Positions 8,506-17,263 are shown, counted from the first letter of the stretch. The stretch is 32,292 nt of DNA from Candidatus Eiseniibacteriota bacterium (GCA_043809585.1 JBDROZ010000039.1:138577-170868), one strand, 5' to 3'. Notes: a model not told the origin generated them from the letters alone. Program-made: numbers and translations.

Positions 8506-9737
8506 CCTCTCCCGTCCGTCGCGGTCGTTTCCGGTCGCTCCAAGGCCTTCTCCGAATCACTCCACGGGGGTAAGAGCTTGGCGAGCACGAACAGGATGAA
8601 GAAGGGGAGCACGAGCAGGAAGACACTCGTCAGGAGGCCCTCGAGCCCGAGGATCTCGAGCTTGTAGACCGTGAGGCCCCGCAAACTCTTGGAGAAGAGC
8701 TGCCCGCCGATGACCACGTTCCACCGGGTGCTGAAGATGCCGACCTGGACGAGGATGGCGGCGATGAAGTAGAGCATCCGCTTCGCCTCGTCCGGCCCCT
8801 TGCCGTACCTCCCGAAGAACAGGAAGAGCATGGGCATCAGCGTCCCGATGATCACCTGGGAGATGATGAGGCTGATGAAAAGCCGGCTCGAGATCATCTC
8901 CGAGAGGATGTGGATCGACTCCTCCGATTCATAGAGGCGGTGCACGAAGTCGAGAAGCTCGAGGGAGAAGTCGACGATTATCGCGTAGAGGAGGAGGCTC
9001 GCCAGCTTGTTCAGGCAGTCCATCTTCATGGTCTTCCAGCGAAACAGGCTGGAGATCATGTAGACGAGCAGCATCAGCGCGATGCCGGAGACGATGGCGG
9101 AGAAGAGGAAGACGATCGGCATGAGCACGCTGCTCCACCACGGGTTCGCCTTGACCGACCCGAAGATGAAGCCCACGTATCCGTGGAGCAGAAAGGCCGA
9201 CGGGATCCCGACGATCGTGATCCCCCGCCCGACCTTGTCGTCGAACCGGAGCGCGCGCTCCGAAGTGTCCGTCGCCCCGAGGGTCAGGATCTTGTAGAGG
9301 TACTTGGTCCAGCCCTTGATCTCCCGCGACCGAACCACGATGTCCTTCCGGTAGTCGAACCAGATCTCGAGCAAGAGGACGACCATCAGGTACCAGGCGT
9401 ACACGAAGCCGAACATGGCCATGGCCGACTTGGATTGGGGCGTCAGGAACATCTCGAAGGCCCTCTCCGGATGCCCCAGGTGTGCGAGGAGCGGAAGGGG
9501 CGCTACGAGAAGGAAGGCGAGGGCCGTGAGGAGGGAGAGCCGGTAGACCGGCTCGAGGGCCCTCACGTGGAAGACCCGCTCGAGGGAGGCGAGGATGAAA
9601 GCGCCGGCGACCAGTCCCGTCAGGTACGGGTACAAGACGACGAGCAGGCCCCAGTGAAGCTCGAACTCGTTCGGGTAGATGTACCCCGAGATCTTGTCCA
9701 GGTCCGTGGTCACCGAGAGAAGTACAGTCGCCCACAT
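8502..9737 (-). CDS. NrfD/PsrC family polytopic membrane subunit (quinol oxidoreductase)
   Basis: WGLLVVLYPYLTGLVAGAF, HLGHPERA, S.MAMFG, HGYVGFIF, RWNVVIGGQ; about 10 TM segments. Confidence 0.9.
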   Translation of the reverse strand: MWATVLLSVTTDLDKISGYIYPNEFELHWGLLVVLYPYLTGLVAGAFILASLERVFHVRALEPVYRLSLLTALAFLLVAPLPLLAHLGHPERAFEMFLTPQSKSAMAMFGFVYAWYLMVVLLLEIWFDYRKDIVVRSREIKGWTKYLYKILTLGATDTSERALRFDDKVGRGITIVGIPSAFLLHGYVGFIFGSVKANPWWSSVLMPIVFLFSAIVSGIALMLLVYMISSLFRWKTMKMDCLNKLASLLLYAIIVDFSLELLDFVHRLYESEESIHILSEMISSRLFISLIISQVIIGTLMPMLFLFFGRYGKGPDEAKRMLYFIAAILVQVGIFSTRWNVVIGGQLFSKSLRGLTVYKLEILGLEGLLTSVFLLVLPFFILFVLAKLLPPWSDSEKALERPETTATDGRG

Positions 9738-9741
9738 CGGA

Positions 9742-10512
9742 TCAGATCACCTCGCCGTCCGAATTCGCGTAAAGGACCTTGGGCTGCGTGTTCAGCCAAG
9801 GCTTCAAGACAGTGATCTCGTGGAACCGGCGGAAGCGCCGGAGCGGGCTGCTCCGCCGTCCGCTCTCCCCGAAGACCCTCGCCTGCGTGGGGCACACCTC
9901 CACGCACGCGGGGAGCAGGTCCCGCCGGATCCGGTGGTAGCAGAACGTGCACTTGTCGGCCACCTTCTTCTCCGGGTGCAGGTAACGGGCTCCGTAAGGG
10001 CACGCCTGGATGCAGTAGCGGCAGCCGACGCAGTACGTCTCGTCCACGAGGACGACGCCGTCGGGGCTCGAAAACGTCGCGCCCACCGGACAGACCTGCA
10101 CGCAGGGCGGGTTCGCGCAGTGGTTGCAGAGCTTCGGCACGAAGAAGGTCCGGAGGATGTCAGGATCGTCGTCGCGCTTCGGAAAACCGTCGATGCCGCC
10201 GTTCGGGCTGTCGACGCGCGCGTCCCCATCGTCGGGGATCGCGTAACGCTCGATCCAGGTGCGGAAGAAGATCGGCTCCACGGGCACGTGGTTCTCCTGC
10301 TTGCAGGCGTAGGCGCAGCGGCCGCAGCCGATGCACTTCTCCACGTCGATCCCCATGAGATAGTCGTGATCCTCCGGGACATAGCCGTCATCCTCCCGGG
10401 CGAGGAGATCCGCGGGCGACAGGGCGGAGAGAAGGACCGCCCAACCGGGGATCTTCCTCGAACAGGTCTCCAGAAACTCCCTGCGCGCCATCTTCGGTCG
10501 GGAATCGTTCAT
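9742..10512 (-). CDS. NrfC/DmsB-like 4Fe-4S ferredoxin subunit with Tat-like signal
   Basis: CIGCGRC..C, CNHCANPPC..VCP, CVGCRYCIQACP, KCTFC...C..VCP; ARREFL twin-arginine motif; ATGA overlap with the cytochrome gene. Confidence 0.92.
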   Translation of the reverse strand: MNDSRPKMARREFLETCSRKIPGWAVLLSALSPADLLAREDDGYVPEDHDYLMGIDVEKCIGCGRCAYACKQENHVPVEPIFFRTWIERYAIPDDGDARVDSPNGGIDGFPKRDDDPDILRTFFVPKLCNHCANPPCVQVCPVGATFSSPDGVVLVDETYCVGCRYCIQACPYGARYLHPEKKVADKCTFCYHRIRRDLLPACVEVCPTQARVFGESGRRSSPLRRFRRFHEITVLKPWLNTQPKVLYANSDGEVI

Positions 10513-11255
10513 CGGCTCGCTTCCGGGTGATGGGGGTAATGACAGTCCCAGCAGAGATACCTCCCGCCGTGAGTGTCGAGATCGACCCGCGGGACGATCT
10601 TCGGCGAATCGGCCCCTTCGGCGTGGCACCTCCCGCACCGGGCTCTCGATGTCGGTTTGCTCGCCGACGCCGGGGAGGGGCTCGTGACGTGTTCTTCCAG
10701 GACATCGTGACAATCGAGGCAGGACAGTCCCACGTGGTGGGACACCGATTTCTGGCTCGCGATCTTGCGGTGGCAGGCGCCGCAATCATCCGGGAGGTTC
10801 GGGAGCGCCGGCGCGTGGGGGTCGTGGCAGACCACGCACGGCTCCCCCGGATGGTGCCGGTCGGGGATGATCTGGGGAAACCCGGAAGGACGCGCCGCGT
10901 TGTATCCGTGGCAAAGGGCGCAGAACTCCCTTCCCGCCGGCTTCTCGGGAAGAAACTCGTCGGGGGCCTCGGCGTGGTCCGCCGCCGGGCCGTGGCAGCT
11001 CTCACAGGAGAGGCCGCGGTGGTTCGCCTTTCCCTTCGCCTCCGCGATGTCGTCGTGACACTCCGCGCAGACCACGTATCCGGCGTAAGACGTTCCCAGT
11101 TCCCGGATCTCCTCCACGGCGTTCCATCGATAATAGCCGCGCTCGCCGAAGGTCGGCGGCACGAGGAACGAACGGGCGACGACAATCGCGACGATGAGAA
11201 CGGCGAAGAGAAGACAAAGCGGAATGAGCTGTTGGGGGACCCGGGGGAATCTCAC
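10509..11255 (-). CDS. Membrane-anchored octaheme c-type cytochrome
   Basis: Eight CxxCH motifs (CAECH, CESCH, CALCH, CVVCH, CGACH, CLDCH, CGRCH, CWDCH); N-terminal TM helix. Confidence 0.92.
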   Translation of the reverse strand: MRFPRVPQQLIPLCLLFAVLIVAIVVARSFLVPPTFGERGYYRWNAVEEIRELGTSYAGYVVCAECHDDIAEAKGKANHRGLSCESCHGPAADHAEAPDEFLPEKPAGREFCALCHGYNAARPSGFPQIIPDRHHPGEPCVVCHDPHAPALPNLPDDCGACHRKIASQKSVSHHVGLSCLDCHDVLEEHVTSPSPASASKPTSRARCGRCHAEGADSPKIVPRVDLDTHGGRYLCWDCHYPHHPEASR

Positions 11256-11299
11256 GCAACCAACCTCATGTCCGGCGATCCGGCTTGAAACACGATTTC

Positions 11300-11338
11300 G
11301 ATCCGCCTCATTATGGCGGATCTCACGGTCCGATCCAA
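11300..11338 (-). promoter_or_regulatory. Putative promoter for the cytochrome operon with an overlapping inverted repeat
   Basis: Minus strand TTGGAT (11338-11333), 17 bp, CATAAT (11315-11310); GATCCGCC-7nt-GGCGGATC at 11300-11322. Confidence 0.45.
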
Positions 11339-11372
11339 GAAAAAATCACCCCGATCGCCGGGGGAATCCGCG

Positions 11373-13139
11373 TCATCCGCCCGCCTCCTCGCCCGGCTCC
11401 CGGCGGACATGGAGGAGCCGCGGGGCGAGGATGAGGGCGGCGCCGTACGCGACGAACGCGATGAACAAGGTCGACGGGACCCCCCGCTGGAGATCCTCGA
11501 CGAACAGCTTCACCCCTCCGACGGCGAGCAGGGGATAGACGAGGGGCGTCGTCTCCTCGAGGGACCACCACCGGCGGGCCCCGGCGAGAAGAACGGCGGC
11601 ACCGGCGATCACCGCCGTCCGCAGTGCGGCGATGGGCGCCGCCGCGGCGGCGCCCCCCGCTCCGAGCCAGAGTCCCGCTCCGTTCACCAGAACCCCGGCG
11701 AGGCCCGAGACGAGAACCAGGAGGAGAACCAGCCGCGGAATTCGCGCGAGCTGCGGGCAATTCCTGTATTTCCGTGTCGCGACGAGGACTCCGTAACTCG
11801 CGGCGACGAGGAAGATGACCACGAGGGCGGTTCCGGTCGGGGGGGCGGGCCACCGGGCGGGCGGGGCGGTGAACGCCCGGAACGCCCCGCGGACGAGTCC
11901 GGCCGAGACGGCGGCGGCTCCTCCGTAGATCGCGGAGTGCGCCCGGAGAGTGACCCGGTTGAATCGCCCTCCGAGGCCCGCCGCGCCGAGGGCGAGAGCC
12001 CCCCAGCCGACCGCGGCCGCCCTCACGCCCACCACGAGGACGCTCCCGGCGAGCACGAGGGCGATGGCGAGTGATGTGTAGAGAAGGAAGTTCCGCCCCC
12101 TCCCGATACGACGTCGCACGAAGGCGAAGCCGACGGCGTAGCTCGCCGCGCCCGCGAGGAGCGCCGCCGCCCCGAGAAGCGCCGGCCGTCCGCCCGCCGT
12201 CGAGGCGATCCGCACGGCCCCTCCGAAACCGATGACGAGGGCCCCGAGGGACTGGAGCGTCTCGAACATCCCCACCTCTTCCCTCTGGATCAGGGCGTGA
12301 ACGGCGAAGCTGCCGAGATAGACGAGAAGAAGCCCCGCGGAGATCGCCTGGGCCGTGCCGGCGGTGAGCGCGTCGAAGGGAGGCTGGGCCCCCCGGGGCG
12401 TGGTCACGACGAGGACCAGGGCCAAGACGAACAGGTTCGTCACGCCGGCGAAGAGCCACTCGAGCCCGCGGCAGCCCCGGAGGTAGGCGAGCCAGATCGT
12501 GGCGCCCCCGAGAAGGAGAATCAAACCGGAGAAGAGCCCGAAGGCCCAGGTCGAAAGGAGCAGGGCGATGGCCGCCGCCCCCGCCGCGAGGACCGCGAAC
12601 CACGCGACCGCCCGGAGACGGCGGCGCCACGACGCGGCGAGAACGGCGGTGGTGAAGAGCGCGAGGAGGGCGGCCGCGCTCGGGGCGCCGAGGTGCTCGT
12701 GCCTCGACGTCATTTCCCAGAGGATCGGATAGGCGATCAACACGGCGGAGACGCCGGAGAACGTCGCGGCGAGGCGGCGGTCCCGGCCCGCCTCGCGGTC
12801 GGCGAGGAAGACCCAAAACCCCGCGTAGGCGAGACCGAGAGCGGTGCCCGCGGCGCGAGGCACCAGGCCGCCGTCCGTCACGGCCCGGAGAAAATAGGCG
12901 CCGCCGAGAACGAGAAAGAGCCGGCCGAGGAGAGAAAGCAGGGCGAGGCCGCTCACCCTTCCCATTCCCGCCCGCGGCGCGGGCGGGCCCCCCTCGGGGT
13001 GCGGCCCGTCGATTCCGGCGGCGGTCCCGCCTCCCGCGATCCTCCGCTCCAGATCGGCGAGGCGGCGTTCCACTCTGTCGAGAGACCCCGCCAGATCGCG
13101 GACACGGGCCTCGAGGTCCGGGCGGTCGGCGGGGCTCAT
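11373..13139 (-). CDS. Large polytopic membrane protein (DUF2339-like)
   Basis: N-terminal coiled coil (LEARVRDL...VERRLADLERR), LLGRLFLVLGGAYFLR, many TM segments, C-terminal VKLFVEDL; GGAGGTG RBS. Confidence 0.7.
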   Translation of the reverse strand: MSPADRPDLEARVRDLAGSLDRVERRLADLERRIAGGGTAAGIDGPHPEGGPPAPRAGMGRVSGLALLSLLGRLFLVLGGAYFLRAVTDGGLVPRAAGTALGLAYAGFWVFLADREAGRDRRLAATFSGVSAVLIAYPILWEMTSRHEHLGAPSAAALLALFTTAVLAASWRRRLRAVAWFAVLAAGAAAIALLLSTWAFGLFSGLILLLGGATIWLAYLRGCRGLEWLFAGVTNLFVLALVLVVTTPRGAQPPFDALTAGTAQAISAGLLLVYLGSFAVHALIQREEVGMFETLQSLGALVIGFGGAVRIASTAGGRPALLGAAALLAGAASYAVGFAFVRRRIGRGRNFLLYTSLAIALVLAGSVLVVGVRAAAVGWGALALGAAGLGGRFNRVTLRAHSAIYGGAAAVSAGLVRGAFRAFTAPPARWPAPPTGTALVVIFLVAASYGVLVATRKYRNCPQLARIPRLVLLLVLVSGLAGVLVNGAGLWLGAGGAAAAAPIAALRTAVIAGAAVLLAGARRWWSLEETTPLVYPLLAVGGVKLFVEDLQRGVPSTLFIAFVAYGAALILAPRLLHVRREPGEEAGG

Positions 13140-13461
13140 GCCGGCACCTCCGTCATGGAGGGCGTGACGCAAGGGAAGCAGGGCCTCCCGAGGAGAGACC
13201 GGGCGGGGAGCGATCGGCGACCGGCGCGGGAAACGCCGGAGGCTTCCGCAATCGGGGCCGCGCCGAAGAGGGTCGATCCCGGCGGGGCCGGAACGAGCGC
13301 ACCGGGGGACATCGCTCTCTCCCTCGAGTGGAAGGAACCGCTGTCTGCGTCTCGTCGTGGGGCCCCCGGAAACGGGATCGCTTCGGAGGCGCTCGAAGAG
13401 GATAGCAGATGAGCGGCGGAGCGGCCACCCTCATGTCGGCCTTGCGCGACGGAGACCCCGC

Positions 13462-14829
13462 CTATCGCGACTTCGGGCGGTTCGCGTCGGCGCGCCGGCG
13501 GAGCCATTCGTCGAGGCGCTTCTTGATCTCCCGCTCGACGCCCGACTCTCTCGGATGGTAGTAGCGGATCCCCTCGAGGTTGTCGGGCAGGTGCGCCTGA
13601 CGGAGCCCCCCTTCCGCGTCGTGGGGATCGTAGACGTAGTCCTTCCCGTACCCCTCTTCCTTCATCAGGCGGGTCGGCGCGTTCCTGAGGTGCTTCGGCA
13701 CGGGCAGGTTCTTCTTCTCCTCAACGTCCCTCTTCACGGCGTTGTACGCTTCGTAGAGGGCGTTCGACTTCGGCGTGATCGCGAGATAGATCACCGCCTC
13801 GGCGACGGCCAGGTCCCCCTCGGGGGAGCCGAGCATGCGGTAGGTCTCGGCGCAGTGAAGGGCGACGCCGAGGGCCTTGGGGTCGGCGAGTCCCACATCC
13901 TCGACGGCGAACCGGACGAGGCGGCGAAGGATGTAGAGCGGGTCCTCCCCCGCGCCGAGCATCCTCGTCGCCCAGTAGAGGGACGCGTCGGGATCGTTCC
14001 CCCGGAGGCTCTTGTGGAGGGCGGAGATCAGATTGTAGTGCTCTTCCCCGCTCTTGTCGTAGAGAACCGACTTCCGCTGCGCCGCCCTCTCCAAAATTTC
14101 CACGGTGAGGGTGAGGCGCCCCTTCCTCGGCGGACCGGTCATGGTGGAGGCGAGCTCCAGGAGGGAGAGGGCCCGCCGGGCGTCGCCGTCGGCGTGGCGG
14201 ACGATCCACTCCTTCCCCTCTCCGGCGAGATCGACCCGGAGGCCGAGCCCCTTCTCCCGGTCGGTGAGGGCGCGGTCCAGGATCGCGAGGATCGCCTCGT
14301 CGCCGAGGGGCTCCAACGTGAACACCCTGGTCCGGGAGAGGAGCGCCGCGTTCACTTCGAAGGACGGGTTCTCGGTGGTGGCGCCGACGAGGACGATCGT
14401 GCCGTCCTCCACGTGGGGGAGGAAGGCGTCCTGCTGGGCCTTGTTGAAGCGGTGGATCTCGTCGACGAAGAGGATCGTCTTCCGTCCCCCCGTCTTCCGC
14501 TCCATCCGGGCCCGCTCCACGGCCTGCCTGATCTCCTTCACCCCCGAGAGGACCGCGGAAAACTCGACGAAGAGGGCGCCGGCGTAGCGGGCCATGAGCC
14601 GGGCGAGGGTGGTCTTCCCCGTGCCCGGGGGCCCCCAGAGGATGAGGGAGATCGAATCCCCGGAGCGGATGATCCGTTCCAGCACCGCCCCTTCGCCGAG
14701 AAGGTGGCCTTGGCCGACGAACTCCTCGAGCGTCTCGGGGCGGAGGCGGTCGGCGAGGGGACGGCGCGCCTTCCCGGCGGCATCCTCCCTCCCCTCTTCC
14801 ATCTCGAAGAGGCTGCGGTCATCGCTCAT
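13462..14829 (-). CDS. rarA: Replication-associated recombination protein A (RarA/MgsA AAA+ ATPase)
   Basis: PLADRLRP, GPPGTGKT, LFVDEIHRFNKAQQD, GATTENP, HYNLISALHKSLRGNDPDA, VPKHLRNAPT. Confidence 0.96.
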   Translation of the reverse strand: MSDDRSLFEMEEGREDAAGKARRPLADRLRPETLEEFVGQGHLLGEGAVLERIIRSGDSISLILWGPPGTGKTTLARLMARYAGALFVEFSAVLSGVKEIRQAVERARMERKTGGRKTILFVDEIHRFNKAQQDAFLPHVEDGTIVLVGATTENPSFEVNAALLSRTRVFTLEPLGDEAILAILDRALTDREKGLGLRVDLAGEGKEWIVRHADGDARRALSLLELASTMTGPPRKGRLTLTVEILERAAQRKSVLYDKSGEEHYNLISALHKSLRGNDPDASLYWATRMLGAGEDPLYILRRLVRFAVEDVGLADPKALGVALHCAETYRMLGSPEGDLAVAEAVIYLAITPKSNALYEAYNAVKRDVEEKKNLPVPKHLRNAPTRLMKEEGYGKDYVYDPHDAEGGLRQAHLPDNLEGIRYYHPRESGVEREIKKRLDEWLRRRADANRPKSR

Positions 14830-16303
14830 GGACCACCTCCCCCCCCACCACCGTCGCGCGGAGGTTCTCCTTGCAGAGGGTCTCGGTGAGGCCGGCCGCT
14901 CCGTCGAACACCGCGAAGTCCGCCCTCTTCCCGGGGGCGATCGCGCCGGCTTCCCCTCCCCTCTCCACGAAGGACTCGGCGCTTCCCGTGTAGAGGCGAA
15001 GGGCCTCTTCCCACGAAATCCGTTCGCTCTCCACCGGATGTTCCACCGCCCCCCGGATGCCGTAAAACGGGTCGAAGGGCATGCCGTCCGACCCGAAGGC
15101 GAGGGGGAGGCCCCGCCGGCGCCAGCTCCCGATGCGGTTCAATCCCGCCGCCCGCCGGGCACCGAGGCGCGCCTCGTACATCCCCCCGCTCCCCCCCCAT
15201 CGAAGGGGGAAGTTCGGCTGCATGGAGAGCCGCACTCCGAGCGCCGCCAGACGGTCCGCTCCGGCGTCGTCCAGGGCTTCCGCATGTTCGACCCGGTGCG
15301 GGAGGGGCATCGCTCCCGCGGAGCGGACCTCCTCGTGGGCCGAGAGGAACGCGCCGATCGCCCGGTCCCCGATGGCGTGCATCATCGACGGGATCCGGAG
15401 CCCCTCCGCCTCCCGCAGGATCTTCGCGATTTCCGGGACCCCGAGAAGGAGCGTCCCCCTCCCGCCCCCCTCGTAAGGGTCGGCCATCGCCGCCGTGGCG
15501 CCGCCGAGAGAGCCGTCGAGGAATGTCTTCACGCCCGCCACCCGGAAGAGCCCCCGCTCCTCCGGGTCCCGGAGCAAAGCGGCCTCGCCGGGCCGGGAAC
15601 AGACGAAGAAGAAGACCCGGATCCGGAGCTCCCCCCGCGCCTCGAGGGCTCTGTAGGCGGGAACGACCCGGGGGACGTCGATCTCGTGCACCGTGGTGAC
15701 GCCGAGGGAGAAGGCGTGCGCCTCCGCGCGGCGGATCGCCTCCCGGTCCTCTTCCTCGCCGGGCGGGAAGTAGTCGGTTTCGAGGCGGAAAGCCGCGTCC
15801 TCCTCGAGGCGCCCGGTGGCGCGATCGACGTTGGGCGCGCTCTCGGGGATCCGGGCGAGGGCGGCGGTGTTCGCGATCGCCACGTGACAGCAGACCCGCC
15901 GGAGGATGAGGGGGCGGTCCGGTTCGATCCGGTCCAGCTCGTTCCTGTGGGGCGTCCGTTTTTCGGGCCAGCGGGTCTCGTCGAAACCGTCCAGGAGAAG
16001 AGGACCGCGGGCCTTCTCGCGCCGCCACCGGGCGGCGGTTTCGAGGGCGGCGCCGAGATCTTTCGCCTCACCGAGATCGGGCCGGGCGAGGGCGCGCCCG
16101 AGCTGGCAGAGATGGACGTGGGCGTCCTGAAACCCCGGAACGACAAGACCGCCGGCCAGGCCGACGGTCTCCGTATCCTTGGTCACCCGCGATCCGATCT
16201 CCTCGTCCGCACCCACCGCGGCGATCCGGCCGTCATCACCGACGAGGACGGCGGTCGCCTCCGGCCCCGCCCCGAAGATTCTCCCCCCCAAGAACGCGCG
16301 CAT
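14819..16303 (-). CDS. Amidohydrolase (YtcJ-like, Amidohydro_3)
   Basis: PGFQDAHVH, KTFLDGSLG, HAIGD, RVEHA, FGSD, GKRADF. Confidence 0.9.
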   Translation of the reverse strand: MRAFLGGRIFGAGPEATAVLVGDDGRIAAVGADEEIGSRVTKDTETVGLAGGLVVPGFQDAHVHLCQLGRALARPDLGEAKDLGAALETAARWRREKARGPLLLDGFDETRWPEKRTPHRNELDRIEPDRPLILRRVCCHVAIANTAALARIPESAPNVDRATGRLEEDAAFRLETDYFPPGEEEDREAIRRAEAHAFSLGVTTVHEIDVPRVVPAYRALEARGELRIRVFFFVCSRPGEAALLRDPEERGLFRVAGVKTFLDGSLGGATAAMADPYEGGGRGTLLLGVPEIAKILREAEGLRIPSMMHAIGDRAIGAFLSAHEEVRSAGAMPLPHRVEHAEALDDAGADRLAALGVRLSMQPNFPLRWGGSGGMYEARLGARRAAGLNRIGSWRRRGLPLAFGSDGMPFDPFYGIRGAVEHPVESERISWEEALRLYTGSAESFVERGGEAGAIAPGKRADFAVFDGAAGLTETLCKENLRATVVGGEVVHER

Positions 16304-16410
16304 GGGACCGGTTCTCCCCACATCGTGGCAATCACATGAGAACGAGTCCGGAGCGACGAGCGTCGCCCGGAGGAGCGCAAGGCCCTACGAGAAACATCCC
16401 CGGTGGACTC

Positions 16411-16557
16411 CGAGCGACGACAGCCCGCCGACGGCGAGTCGTCCCCCTCCCGAGCGACGATAGGCCGCCGACGGCGAGTCATCCCCCTCCCGAGCGACGA
16501 CAGCCCGCCGACCGCGAGTCGTCCCCCTCCCGAGCGACGATAGGCCGCCGACGGCGA
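16411..16557. repeat. 40-bp tandem repeat, about 3.7 copies, alternating A/B variants
   Basis: Units start at 16411, 16451, 16491, 16531: CGAGCGACGA(CAGCC/TAGGC)CGCCGACGGCGAGTCGTCCCCCTCC. Confidence 0.95.
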
Positions 16558-16722
16558 CGGTTTTCGTAGCGAGGTTCGGGAGGGCGCGGCGAGAGGCCGT
16601 CCCTGGACGAGGAGCTTCCGAAGTCGTAGCCCTCGCTACGATGAAGGAAGCGACGACGGAAGGGCGGCCTCACAGCCCGGCATCCCGGACCGCAGCCGAA
16701 AAACGGAGCCGGCGGCGGCCTA
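16541..16722 (+). repeat. ~180-nt palindromic hairpin element, copy C
   Basis: TAGGCCGCCG / CGGCGGCCTA ends, nested stems (GGTTCGGGA/TCCCGGACC, GAGGCCGTCC/GGGCGGCCTC), core CCGAAG-TCGTAGC-CCTC-GCTACGA-TGAAGGA; interior alignable with copy A. Confidence 0.8.
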
Positions 16723-17223
16723 GAGGAGCTCCTTGAGGATCAATTCAAAGAACTCCTTGTCCTGGTAACCGACCACGCGCTGCTGCACGTTCCCCTTCCG
16801 GTCGATGACGAACGTGGTCGGGATCGACCCGATCGGACCGTAGGCGGCCTGCACCTTCGCGTCCGCCATCACCACCGGATAGGCGGGCTTCAGGGAAGGG
16901 GCGCTCGAGGCCATGTACTGCTCCACCGCGGAGACGCCCCCCTGGTCGACGGAAACGCCGAGGATCTCGAGGCCTTTGCTCTTGTACTCCGCGTACAGCT
17001 CGTTGAAATGGGGAATCTCCCGCTTGCAGGGGGGACACCAGGTCGCCCAAAAATCGACGATCAACACTTTGCCCTTGTAGTCGGCGAGGCCGATGGTCTT
17101 GTCGCCGGACACCGTGCTTAGAGAGAACTCCGGCGCCTTCAGGGCCCCCGATTCCTCCTTCCCACCGCCTCCGCAGCCGGCCGCGAAAAGTCCCGCCAAA
17201 AGGAAGATCTTCCAGGTCCTCAA
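16720..17223 (-). CDS. TlpA/ResA family thiol-disulfide oxidoreductase lipoprotein
   Basis: DFWATWCPPC, IPTTFVID; lipobox FAAGC; TTG start with AAGGAG RBS. Confidence 0.93.
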   Translation of the reverse strand: MRTWKIFLLAGLFAAGCGGGGKEESGALKAPEFSLSTVSGDKTIGLADYKGKVLIVDFWATWCPPCKREIPHFNELYAEYKSKGLEILGVSVDQGGVSAVEQYMASSAPSLKPAYPVVMADAKVQAAYGPIGSIPTTFVIDRKGNVQQRVVGYQDKEFFELILKELL

Positions 17224-17263
17224 TGTCGGCTCCTTTCCCGAAGAGGGTTCTTACATGAGGAGG

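Noticed and set aside
13140-13461. Small ORFs or a riboswitch in the rarA to membrane-protein gap
   Set aside because: The ORFs lack RBS and recognisable motifs, and I could not identify a riboswitch consensus.
16411-16557. Possible CRISPR array
   Set aside because: Units are contiguous tandem copies with no unique spacers, and no cas genes are in the window.
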